Positions 14,176 through 27,477 of a stretch of DNA of 64,000 nt are shown here, one piece after another; position 1 is the first letter of the stretch; each line of letters begins with the position of its first letter. A model generated the notes under the pieces. The model worked only from the letters and a program-made list of their open reading frames with translations, searched no databases and was not told where the DNA came from. Location: contig OZ024740.1 in assembly GCA_964016885.1 (NCBI GenBank), positions 200,446,001-200,510,000 of the forward strand. Reading direction: 5' to 3'. A program made the position numbers and the translations under genes. This DNA comes from Eledone cirrhosa (Eukaryota).

Positions 14176-14249
14176 CAGATTGACTTTGTTAGTTTCAGAA
14201 GATCCCGTTAAGGGTGAAAGCAGCGATTCTTTGCTTAAACTTTAATCTG
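14176..14249 (+). ncRNA. Type I hammerhead with CAGAAGA core (copies at 17435-17508 + and 12705-12779 -)
   Basis: GUUU-CAGAAGA-U-CCC(GUUAA)GGG-U-GAAA-GCA...UGCU-U-AAAC; distal stem I CAGAUUGA/UUAAUCUG. Confidence 0.6.
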
Positions 14250-14394
14250 TTATTTTAATAAATATTTGCTCTTCGGTTCTTATATATTTGATATATATTT
14301 TCCTTATCGAGCCCTCTCTGGATTTTAGTCTTCAATTTTATTATTATTACTATTTGGCTCCTTCGGTTGAGCACTCTACTGACTTATATTCATC

Positions 14395-16524
14395 ATGCAG
14401 AAACAACATCTGAATATTTCTACAAAGAACATACCCGTACCAAGCAGGAAAACATACCTAAAACTCCTGATACAGAAAACAGACGCGTTCATTAAAAGGT
14501 TGCGTTGGCGTGCCTTTTATTTCGATAATCCGCGAAAAGCAGACAACAAATAGGACAGATTTGGATTTAAAACCTATAATAACCCTCCGTGGAACCCAGC
14601 ATTGATACCCTTCGAAAATGATGTCTTGGAACTCATTCGGAGTATCAAATTTCGGAATAGGAGCAATTCCTTCCAGCAAGACCTGAAGAATAGAATTCGT
14701 TCTATTAAGGATTCTAACGCCGTGCACGTCCATTCCGACAAAACTGGCAACCTATATCAAGTGGAGCGCAGTACTTACCATCAACTACTACATAATGCTG
14801 TAACTAAGGATTACCGTAAAACTAATCGGTGTGTCATCAATGAAATCAACGATGCTGGGTTTAAAATCACATCTGATCTCAACATCCTGGACCGGACCGA
14901 ACCCCTGGACCCTATCTCTCCCCACTTTACCCTGAAGGACCACAAATCCAATTTTCCGAACAACCCCTCTATTCGGCTTATTAACCCTACGAAGTCCGAT
15001 TTAGGTAGACTTAGTAAAACGATTCTTGATAGAATTATACCTGAAATTAGAAATTTGGCCCCTCTCGCACTGTGGAACAATTCTTTTGCGGTGATTGATT
15101 GGTTCAACGGCATATGTAACAAGGAACATTGCCGCTTTATCCAATTCGACATCAACAATTACTACTCCTCCATCACTTTACCACTTCTCCTTAGAGCTAT
15201 CAATTTCGCTAAAACACTCACAGTGGTTAAGGATTTCGAAGTTGATGTCATCCTTAATGCCCGAAAGTCGGTGATTAATTTCGACGATTCTATTTGGATT
15301 AAAAAATCCAATAGTACCCCATTCGACGTGAGTATGGGCGCCAGCGACTCTGCGGAGGTTACTGATCTTATTGGCCTTTTCCTTCTTTTCTCTATCAAGG
15401 ACGAATTCCCCAACGCGGGCGGTGGTTTGTACCGTGACGATGGCCTTTAGACCATGACTATGTGCGGACCTCGTGCTTGCGACAGATTCAGAAAAGAACT
15501 CACAGCCTTCTTTAAAGGCTTCAACCTCTCTATACAGGTTGAGGCCAATCTCTCGCTCGTTAATTACCTCGACGTTACCCTCAATTTATTGAATGGGTTG
15601 CATTACCCGTATAGAAAGCCGAATGATACGCTTAATTACATAAGTAAGCATTCCAACCATCCTGCCAGCATAACCAAGAACCTGGTAAAAAACGTTTCGT
15701 TGAGGCTTTCCCGTCTTTCCACCAACGAGCGCATTTTCAACGACCATTCCACTTATTACAATGAAGCTCTTCCTCGAAGTGGATTTGTCGATAAGGTAGC
15801 ATATACAGAGTACGAGAATAGACCTAGAAGAAATAGATCCCGTCGCATTTGTTGGTTTAACCCACCATATAATATGGAGGTGGCCACACCATTAGCTAAG
15901 ATCTTTCTTTCCCTTATTACGAAGCATTTTCCCCCTACACATAAATATAGTAAAATTTTTAATAGAAACTCTATTAAAATTTCTTACTCAACGACTCCTA
16001 ACCTTGCACATAACATCACAGCTTCAAATTTAGCTAAAATACCTAGCTGTAGGAACACGTGCAACCCTGTAGTTAGTACTAACTGTAATTGTAGGAATCG
16101 GGCTGATTGTCCCCTATCCGGGAAATGCCTCTCTAGTAACATTGTCTACAAATGTAAGGTTGTAACACCCACGTCCCGTAGGGCCTACATAGGGTTAACC
16201 GCCAATAGTTTCAAGCAGCGTCTTTACATGCATACCCATTCTTTTCGTTACCCTCTAAGAAGGAATATGACGTCACTTTCAGCTTATATCTGGAGTCTAA
16301 AAGACAACCACACCCAATATAAGTTACACTGGGAGATCCTAGCTAGGGCTAGATCGTATAACGGAAATAAAAGACCATGTAACCTCTGCGCCGCTGAGGC
16401 CCTGGAAATACTCTACGCCACAGACCACATCTTAAACAAAAAATCTGAGGCTATTTCGCCTTGTAAACATAAATTGCACAAAACTTTCCTGTATTACAGC
16501 CCTACGTTATATCCTAACGGATAG
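14395..16524 (+). pseudogene. PLE RT plus C-terminal GIY-YIG endonuclease (709 codons, in-frame TAG at 14551 and 15448)
   Basis: MQKQHLNISTKNIPVPS, IRLINPTKSDLG, QFDINNYYSSI, YRDDGL, WFNPP, CNCRNRADCPLSGKC, YIGLTANSFKQR and CNLC...CKH, all in one frame. Confidence 0.9.
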
Positions 16525-17524
16525 CACGATCTATACGTGGATATTTACGTCTTCATCTGGGAGCTAAGTATATGTTTTGTTTATTCCTTTACTTTTTGCA
16601 TAGGTAAGTATATATTACCCGTATGTTTTGTGAAGGTATGTATACCTTCTCGTACGTATATTTGACTGTTTTGGCGTATAATTTTTACATATTCTGGTAT
16701 TTAGGGCTTGGTTATGTGTATATGGGAGTTTCGCGTCTGCGTGAGTATGCAGGTTCGTACGTATGGTGGGTGTGTGTATATGTGTACTTCTTGTTTTAGT
16801 TGACTTACGCCTCCGAACCTTCATGTATTTATTTGTAGGTATGTGTGTGCGCTTGTTATATACGTACTTATTTACTTATATACGTTTATATAATTATTTA
16901 TTTATTTGTACACAAGCATACACACATACGCATATTTATATGTGCGTGGTTATGTATACCTATGGTAAGGTTTTGCGTATGCTTGTGTATGTACGTATCT
17001 GTTTGCGTGTATGTATATATTTGTTCCTATTACTTCTGTATTGTATTTATTTACTTTGTTCTTAACTCTGTAGCGGAGATTCATTCGGTCTCCTAGTTAG
17101 AATTTTAGTCTACGACTTCTGCTATACCATTTACGTGGTTTTGTCTTTGCATGCTATTGTTCTCCACGCTCCACATATGACTTATTATCTTCGTTTTTTC
17201 GTTCATTGCCAGAGAACGTCTCTATGCACCACTTAGAGAACATTAGTCTACGACCTCTTTTATACCATAAACGTGGTTCTGTCCTTGCACGTAATTGTTT
17301 TTCACCGCTCCTATTAATGACGTATTATTCGTTTTTTCCCGTTCTTTGCCAGCGAACGTCACCATGAACCAAAGTATCGTCTTCCTGTCTTCCTCCGGTT
17401 GCAACGTTTTTTGAAATATCCAGTTCTGCGTTTACAGATTGACTTTGTTAGTTTCAGAAGATCCCGTTAAGGGTGAAAGCAGCGATTCTTTGCTTAAATT
17501 TTAATCTGTTATTTTAATAAATAA

Positions 17525-17586
<62 letters not shown>

Positions 17587-17589
<3 letters not shown>

Positions 17590-18973
17590 TGGTTACACAA
17601 CAGCTAGTTCACCATACCGAGAACAATTGTTTCACCTTAGCGGATCCTCAGCTCGGAACGGGCATGGTTATATGAACAGGAAGGACAAAGGTACGAACGC
17701 ACATGCGCAGAAACCCGGTCACTTCACACAGGCAATACTAGGCTGCGTGCGAGAGGTGTAAGGGAGATACCTGCGAAATTCCGAAAAGTTTTTAGTTGAA
17801 AATAAAATTACAAAGAATCACTCCGGAGCCTTTTTAGTTATGTAATGGGTGTTTGGCGACGTGTGGACAACGCGTGAAAAATTCACTCCTGGTGTTTAGG
17901 CAATCACTATTGCGTAATCTCTTTGGAATAGTTATTCGTTCGTCAATACATAAGCCACACGTCGGATTTCCTCTTGCCTATGGCTTGGACTTAGTGATCA
18001 CTTTCCATCGAATGGAGTAGTCTATACTTGAGTCCTTGAGGGACCATACGTGGCTCGCGAGTTTCGTGGATGAACGTCTGTTCGGGTACCTGAAGGTAGA
18101 CTGGTGGTTCAGGAAACGTTCCTTAAATCGGCCCTTCGCCATGCCCACATAGGATTTGACCTCATGTGGTTCGTTTGCTCGGTTGGAAGTGACCACAGCT
18201 TCATAAATTACAGCTGGTGTGTCGCATTGCTGTTGAAAGGGGCAAGATTCAGGCATACGGCAAGAGCACCCTGGTGGGGTGCTGCTCCTAGGGCTGGTGG
18301 TAATGTGGGCCTTCATGTTCTTGGCGCAGGAGTATCCTAGTTTAACTTTCTGTCGGTTAAAGATGGAGCGGTATTTATGACCTATGGGAAACTGTCTATC
18401 TAAGAGGGCTAGACATTTTTTTCCTACATTGGTTTTAACGTTGAGTGAGAAGGGAGGAGAGAATCAGATAGTTTGTCTATTGTTACGCTTTCTTTTCTTA
18501 TTGGTGTTGTTGTTAGTGGGAGAGTAAGTGATATGTTGTGAGAAGCCGCTGTTAGCTAACGCCGTGTTATAAGTAGGGTGCCGCTCTGTCAAAGATAGCC
18601 TTATTAGAGGAGAGGTTTGAGATTCTAGTACTGATATGCTTAACGAAGTTTCTAACATCAGTGGGAGGGTGGCATGAGTCCTTGTGAATGTAATTGAGTT
18701 TCTCGTTTAGCTTGTGGAAGGGTATGTGTGTGTGTGTGCGAATGTCTAAATTAATGACTAAGAAATCTACGCTGGAGAGGTTGGTGGCTACTGTTATCCT
18801 AAGGCCTAACTAATTGAAGGTAGGAGCTAAGTCTTTTTTAAACCGGTCGAGGTCGTGACCACTTTTATGGCTCGATAAAGTCAGTCCATCGATGCGGTAT
18901 ATTCCCGTGTGGAAGTCCGGGAATCTAACACGTAATATGTCTAAGATAAATCGGCCAACCAAGTCACATACGT
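17587..18973 (-). mobile_element. 5'-truncated, decayed Naiad-type PLE (family C)
   Basis: VCDLVGRFILDIL...GIYRIDGL; CSCRMPESCPFQQQC; YVGMAKGRFKERFLNH; HHR in the 3'UTR. Confidence 0.85.
17617..17656 (-). ncRNA. Minimal type I hammerhead ribozyme
   Basis: CCGAG-CUGAGGA-U-CC(GCUAA)GG-U-GAAAC-AAUU-GUU-CUCGG; palindromic stem III. Confidence 0.75.
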
Positions 18974-21241
<2,268 letters not shown>

Positions 21242-21271
21242 CATACATATATTTATGTGTGTGTGTGTGTT

Positions 21272-22108
21272 ATAAAGTAAGAAGAAATAGTAGACTCAGA
21301 TATATACCTATTTTTACTTCAATGTCCCGACTGTACAGTTTCGCTGGTCAGTATGCAAAAATCCTACATCATAGAGATGTAACATTGTTGTGAGGTAAGC
21401 TTTTACAGGGAACACCTCGGGGACAGAGTCCTTCTAGACACGTCTGTAGCATGCGAGAAAATCTAAAAAAGGCGGGGGACGATACTATCACGTGATACAC
21501 CCGTGAAGAAAGGGGACTAAATCCCTTGTAGCAGTGAAACATATCTCAGAAGGTGGAGGGTGATATTGATATGATACAGAGGCTACAGAGGGGTGGTAAG
21601 GTTGACTGAAAGTGTTTATAGTGTTTGCTTGAAAGCAGTTACTATACTTCCGTGGTTACTCTACCGTGAGGGAGTTTGAGACAATAATGAGAGGTACACG
21701 CATATATGTGCATACATACATACTCATGTATATTTACACATATGTATATATCTGTGTCTACTATTTCTTCTTACTTTATAATATGTTACATAGCTCTGAT
21801 ATTGAGTCAATTTAATTATATCGATTATCTTGTCTCTCATAATCATAGAGTAACACTGGCTAAGGTCGACAACACACAATCTCACATACTTGTGAAAAGT
21901 TATGTGTATATATATACATGTGCATGTATGTATGCACACATATGTGTATGTATGTATACACATAATAATGTATAGCCTGAGCCCTTCTTAAAATTACTGA
22001 ATTTTCATAAAAAGAATCTTTACATATAAAAAAAGGTCTTGATATAGAGGGACAGACGAACGCATGATATTGTTTCTTCGATGAACGGCCTCTGTTAACT
22101 TCATAATG

Positions 22109-22110
<2 letters not shown>
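21272..22110 (-). mobile_element. PLE 3' fragment (endonuclease tail, UTR, degenerate HHR at 21322-21425)
   Basis: Minus strand UGUCC(C)-CCGAGGU...CGAAAC-UGUACA-GUC-GGGACA; GIY-YIG-like tail HAFVCPSISRPFFICKD. Confidence 0.5.
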
Positions 22111-22144
<34 letters not shown>

Positions 22145-22147
<3 letters not shown>

Positions 22148-25100
22148 AACGAGTAGGACCCCGACGGCTGAGCTCAAGCCGTTTCGACGGCTAATTCTGG
22201 ACTAAATGAAAATGTTTATCCTGGTTTTTGAATAGCCGAGCTTCTCAAGGGGTAATTCCATATATGGTCAAAGTGATTGTCACAGGTATTGGTCAAAAGT
22301 TAGTAGTTGAGACATAATAATTCTATGATGGCAATTAGTGGAGGGACGGGGTAGCTAAACCTGCCAGTAGGGGAAAGAGGGAGAGGGGTTGGAGGAGACC
22401 CATTCATGCGTTGATAATGCCGGCTACAGCTGGGCGTGAGGTCAAAGAAGATACTAGGGAGGGGTAGAGGAGGAGGTCGAAAGAGTAAGTAGAACAATGA
22501 GGGGTAAATATATAGGAAAATACAGAGAGTGTTAAAATGCAATTAAATGTAAAAAAAAAAAATAAACGATTTCTGGTTACTACGACCTAAGTGTCTCACT
22601 ATTGCTAGGCTAAAGAAATATACTATGTGGGACGGAATTAAAATGAGACCCTTTTAAGAGGTATAAGTAAGTATATCTTACGGTTACGGGTCAACAAGTG
22701 AAGGTCCAAAATACTAAAGAAACTACCACGAAATAATAAAAGTTTCTACCCCAGGCACAAGGCCAGCAACCACCCAGTGCAAAAAGTAAACTAGTACGAA
22801 ATAATAATTCAGAGTCCCGAAAAAGAATACTAATACTATCTCTAAGGGTGCCGCCACGATACAAAAGTTCTAGTGCAAGCTACATAAAAGCTCGTACGAA
22901 GTAAAAGTAAAATACGGAAAATTAATTCAGAATCACCCCCCCCCCCCAAAAAAAATACTGATAAACGATAAATTAAAGCAAAGATGCCACTAAGAAATAT
23001 AGAAAGCACGGAAAAGGGGCAGCGGTCGGATAAGGGGGCAAGTATCCGGGGTCTAACACATCTGCTATAAAAAGCGGAGTCGGCCAAATCTATCATAGAA
23101 TAGCGGAAGGGTGTGGGGGTACTGAGGCTACAAAGGACCGAGGGGCTGCCTCGGGTGGGCGAGAAAAAGACGACGACAAAGAAAAAGAACTGGGGTGGAA
23201 GGACTAGGGAGGGATGGGGGAAGAAGGAAATATAGAGGAAGCGATAAAAAGATATAAAAGAAGATCTTACGTCTCCCTTAGCAAGCAGGGGTTACCCATT
23301 ACAACATCGGCAAGTGGGGTGTTATAGCCCTAGTCTACCCCTCCGGGTCATTATGGGGTTTGAGGGCGAGGTAATTCCTACGCAATGTGTGTTTACATGC
23401 AGTAACCAGTTCATCTTTCTTGTTTAGGAGTTGGTCCGTCGAAAACAGCATTTGTAACCTAACGACAACCTGCACTACATCCACCGCCGTTCAAACCATC
23501 CTAGGAACATCACCAATAACCTGGTCAAAAATATCTCCCTCCGCATATCCCGTTTGTCAGCTAATGAGCAGATATTCGATGAACATACGCCTTATTACAA
23601 CCAGGCCCTCAAGCGGAGTGGTTTCCGGGAGGAAATATCCTACTGTCCAGCTCCCATTAGCGGAACCAGCAGGCGGCACCGCCGCTCACGCAATGTAACA
23701 TGGTTCAATTCTCCCCACAATGCCGAGGTGACAACTCCTATCGGGAAAATATTCTTTAGTCTCATTGAAAAACACATCCCACTACAACACCGCTACCACA
23801 ACATAATTAACAAAAATACCATCAAACTCTCTTACAGCACTACACCAAACTTTGCACAAAACATCGTCTCCTCCAACAACAAAAAACTCAACCCCGATGG
23901 AAGAAATAACCTAAATAGCAATGGAGAGCCGACCAGGAGGTGCAACTGTCCTGATGGATCCATTTGCCCCCTCGACAACAGATGCAGAGATCGTAATGTG
24001 ATCTACCAGTGCAACGTGAGAACGAACACCTCCAACAAAGCTTATATAGGATTAACCGCATGTGACTTCAAGACCCGGCTATACTAACACAGTCATACCT
24101 TCCAAAACCCGGCCCGGCGTCACGCCACTACACTTTCGGGCCACATATGGGACCTCAAGGATAACAACATTACCTATGATCTCACTTGGAGCTTACTGTC
24201 CAGAGCCAGCTCTTACACGGGAGGACGCCGTCCGTGCAATTTATGCTCGGAGGAAACTTTACAAATGCTGTTTTCGACGGACCAACTCCTAAACAAGTAA
24301 GATGTAAACACAGATTGCGTAGGACTTACCTCGCCCTCAAACCCCATAATGACCCGGAGGGGTAGACTAGGGCTATAACACCCCACTTGCCGATGTTGTA
24401 ATGGGTAACCCCTGCTTGCTAAGGGAGACGTAAGATCTTCTTTTATATCGTTTTATCGCTTCCTCTATATTTCCTTCTTCCCCCATCCCTCCCTAGTCCT
24501 TCCACCCCAGTTCTTTTTCTTTGTCGTCGTCTTTTTCTCGCCCACCCGAGGCAGCCCCTCGGTCCTTTGTAGCCTCAGTACCCCCACCCCCTTCCCCTAT
24601 TCTATGATAGATTTGGCCGACTCCGCTTTTTATAGCAGATGTGTTAGACCCCGGATACTTGCCCCCTTATCCGACCGCTGCCCCTTTTCCGTGCTTTCTA
24701 TATTTCTTAGTGGCATATTTTCTTTAATTTCTCGTTTATCGTTATTTTTTTTTGGGGGGGGGGGGGTGATTCTGAATTAATTTTCCGTATTTTACTGTTA
24801 CTTCGTACGAGATTTTATGTAGCTTGCACTAGAACTTTTGTATCGTGGCAGCACCCTTAGAGATAGTATTAGTATTCTTTTTCGGGACTCTGAATTATTA
24901 TTTCGTACTAGTTTACTTTTTTGCACTGGGTGGTTGCTGGCCTTGTGCCTGGGGTAGAAACTTTTTATTATTTCGTGGTAGTTTCTTTACTATTTTGGCC
25001 CTTCACTTGTTGACCCGTCACCGTAAGATATACTTGCTTATACCTCTTAAAAGGGTATCATGTTAATTCCGTCCCACATAGTATATTTCTTTAGCTTAGT

Positions 25101-25565
25101 AATAGTGAGAGACTTAAGTCGTAGTAACCAGAAATCGTTTTTTTTTTTTTTTTTTACATTTAATTGCATTTTAACGCTCAGTATTTTCCTATATATTTAC
25201 CCCTCATTGTTCTACTTACTGTTTCGATCCTCTCCCCCTCCCCCTCCCTAGTATCTTCTTTGACCTCACGCCCAGCTGTAGCCGGCACTATCAACGCATG
25301 AATGGGTCTCCTCCACTCCCTCTCCCTCTTTCCCCTACTGGTAGGTTTAGCTACCCCTTCCCTCCACTAATTGCCATCATAGAATTATTATGTCTCAACT
25401 ACTAAATTTTGACCAATCCCTGGGACAATCACTTTGACCATATATGGAATTACCCCTTGAGAAGCTCGGCTATTCAAAAACCAGGATAAACATTTTCATT
25501 CAGTCCAGAATTAGCCGTCGAAACGGCTTGAGCTCAGCCGTCGGGATCCTACTCGTTCCTATTAC
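22145..25565 (+). mobile_element. 5'-truncated Naiad-type PLE (family D, 23458-25565) preceded by a ~1.3-kb inverted copy of its own 3' end (22145-23457)
   Basis: SNHPRNITNNLVKNISLR, WFNSPHN, CNCPDGSICPLDNRC and YIGLTACDFKTR; 22145-23457 is the reverse complement of 24259-25562. Confidence 0.9.
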
Positions 25566-26226
25566 CCACTCTACTACCCTAAGTATTGAGTACTTTGGTG
25601 CGTTATGGTCCACCTGGTTCCTTACCACATTTCTTCCGTTATATATATATATATATATATATATCATTGGGGTCCTGACTCTTTTCCTATTACTAGGTAA
25701 TAGGAAAAAAGTCAGGACACCGACGGCCCCGACAGCTAAATCCGAACAGATCTAGCTGTCGAGACGGCCAGAGCTCAGCGTCACGGTCCTGACTGTTTTC
25801 ATAAAAAGCTTTCTCCGATATTATATTTATTTATTTACTCTTGGCGCAGCAGATTTGAAAAAAATTCCCGGTATAAGGTTAGCAATTCTCTGTTTATTTT
25901 GTATATATGAATATTGATTGTTCCTTATATCTCATTCTCTTATTTTGCCCGAGAAAATATCTGTGTCATCAAATGTACACACATAGATATTTTTTCAATT
26001 TCCAATTAAGTTCTTATCACGTGGCCTGAATTCCTTTCAGAGTTCATTGTCACGCGCATGTATTGCTTTTTTTTTGGCGGTAATTCTCTTCCTCATTTTT
26101 TGAATCACTTCGAGCACTTCGTTAGAACTGCTGGACTGGCAACCTGACAGATACCTCAGGCAGAGAAAGTGATTATCGCTAAATTCTGATGTTGGTTAGA
26201 TTATCAATATTAGTATTATTGGGGCA

Positions 26227-26352
26227 CCCACTGATGAATTATAGGAGCCCACTTGAATATATATATATTGATGGTATACAAGCTCCTACATAAATTGGTA
26301 TAATTTCACCAAATTGTAGGAATCCTATAATGAAACGAGACGTCCGTCTGGG
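26227..26352 (+). ncRNA. Type I hammerhead ribozyme with canonical core and enlarged stem II
   Basis: CCCA-CUGAUGA-AUUAUAGG...CCUAUAAU-GAAAC-GAGACGUCC-GUC-UGGG. Confidence 0.85.
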
Positions 26353-26931
26353 AAGAGATATATTAGATATGTCTCATTTGAAATAATATAGCCAATTTTC
26401 CACGCAATACTTTTAGTTAGCACCCCGAACACATAATTGGGAATATAATCACTTATTTCCTAATGTTTGTTGAGTGAATTGGAATTTGGCCGGAGTATCG
26501 CTAAAAAGCTTTCTCCGATATTGTATTTATTTATTTACTCTTGGCGCAGCAGATTTGAAAAAAATTCCCGGTATAAGGTTAGCATTTCTTTGTTTATTTT
26601 TTATATATGAATATTGATTGTTCCTTATATCTCATTCTGTTATTTTGCCCGAGAAAATATCTGTGTGTCATCAAATGTTGTACACACATAGATATTTTTT
26701 CAATTTCCAATTGAGTTCTTAGCACGTGGCCTGAATTCCTTTCAGAGTTCATTGTCACGCGCATGTATTGTTTTTTTTTGGCGGTAATTCACCTCCTCAT
26801 TTTTTGAATCAGTTCGAGCACTTCGTTAGAACGGTTGGACTGGCAACCTGACAGATACCTCAGGCACAGAAAGTGATTATCGCTAAATGCTGATGTTGGT
26901 TAGATTATCAATATTAGTATAATTGGGGCAA

Positions 26932-27057
26932 CCACTGATGAATTATAGGAGCCCACTTGAATATATATCTATTGATGGTTTACAAGCTCCTACATAAATT
27001 GGTATAATTTCACCCAAATTGTAGGAATCCTATAATGAAACGAGACGTCCGTCTGGG
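26932..27057 (+). ncRNA. Type I hammerhead ribozyme, second tandem copy
   Basis: CCA-CUGAUGA-AUUAUAGG...CCUAUAAU-GAAAC...GUC-UGG. Confidence 0.82.
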
Positions 27058-27477
27058 AAGAGATATATTAGATATGTCTCATTTGAAATAATACAGCCAA
27101 TTTTCCACGCAATACTTTTAGTTAGCACCCCGAACACATAATTGGGAATATAATCACTTAATTCCTAATGTTTGTTGAGTGAGTTGGAATTTGGCCGGAG
27201 TATCGCTAAAAAGCTTTCTCCGATATTGTACTTATAGTTTTAATATAGATGAGATTCTACAGAACTAGAACTGTTTCATTCTTGAGAAATCATCAGGAAT
27301 CCGACTGTCCAAGTGAAAATGGTGGTATTTATATCTTTTCTGGTGTTAGGAGAGGGTGGGGAGTGGGATGGGTGGAGGTCATTGGTTGAAAGAAAAGGGA
27401 ATTTGTTCAATCAATGACCTCCACCTATCCCACTCCCCACCCTCTCCTACCACCAGAAAAGATATAAATACCACCAT

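Larger units (their letters stand above)
12602..17522 (+). mobile_element. Near full-length Naiad-type PLE (family A): inverted partial pLTR 12602-12842, pLTR 12849-14352, ORF, pLTR copy 16108-17522
   Basis: ~1.4-kb direct repeat at offset 3259; 240-bp inverted copy at the 5' end; (TA)n on both sides. Confidence 0.92.
25803..27230 (+). repeat. Tandem ~700-705-bp non-coding unit (2 copies plus ~23 bp), one HHR per unit; retrozyme candidate
   Basis: aaaagctttctccgatatt recurs at ~25803, ~26503 and ~27208. Confidence 0.9.

Noticed and set aside
14395-16524. Selenocysteine-recoded Naiad ORF
   Set aside because: The in-frame stops are TAG, not TGA, and are not at Cys positions. They look like ordinary disabling mutations.
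25803-27230. CRISPR array or LTR pair
   Set aside because: Eukaryotic context; the units are contiguous 700-bp repeats with no spacers, TG..CA ends or internal domain.
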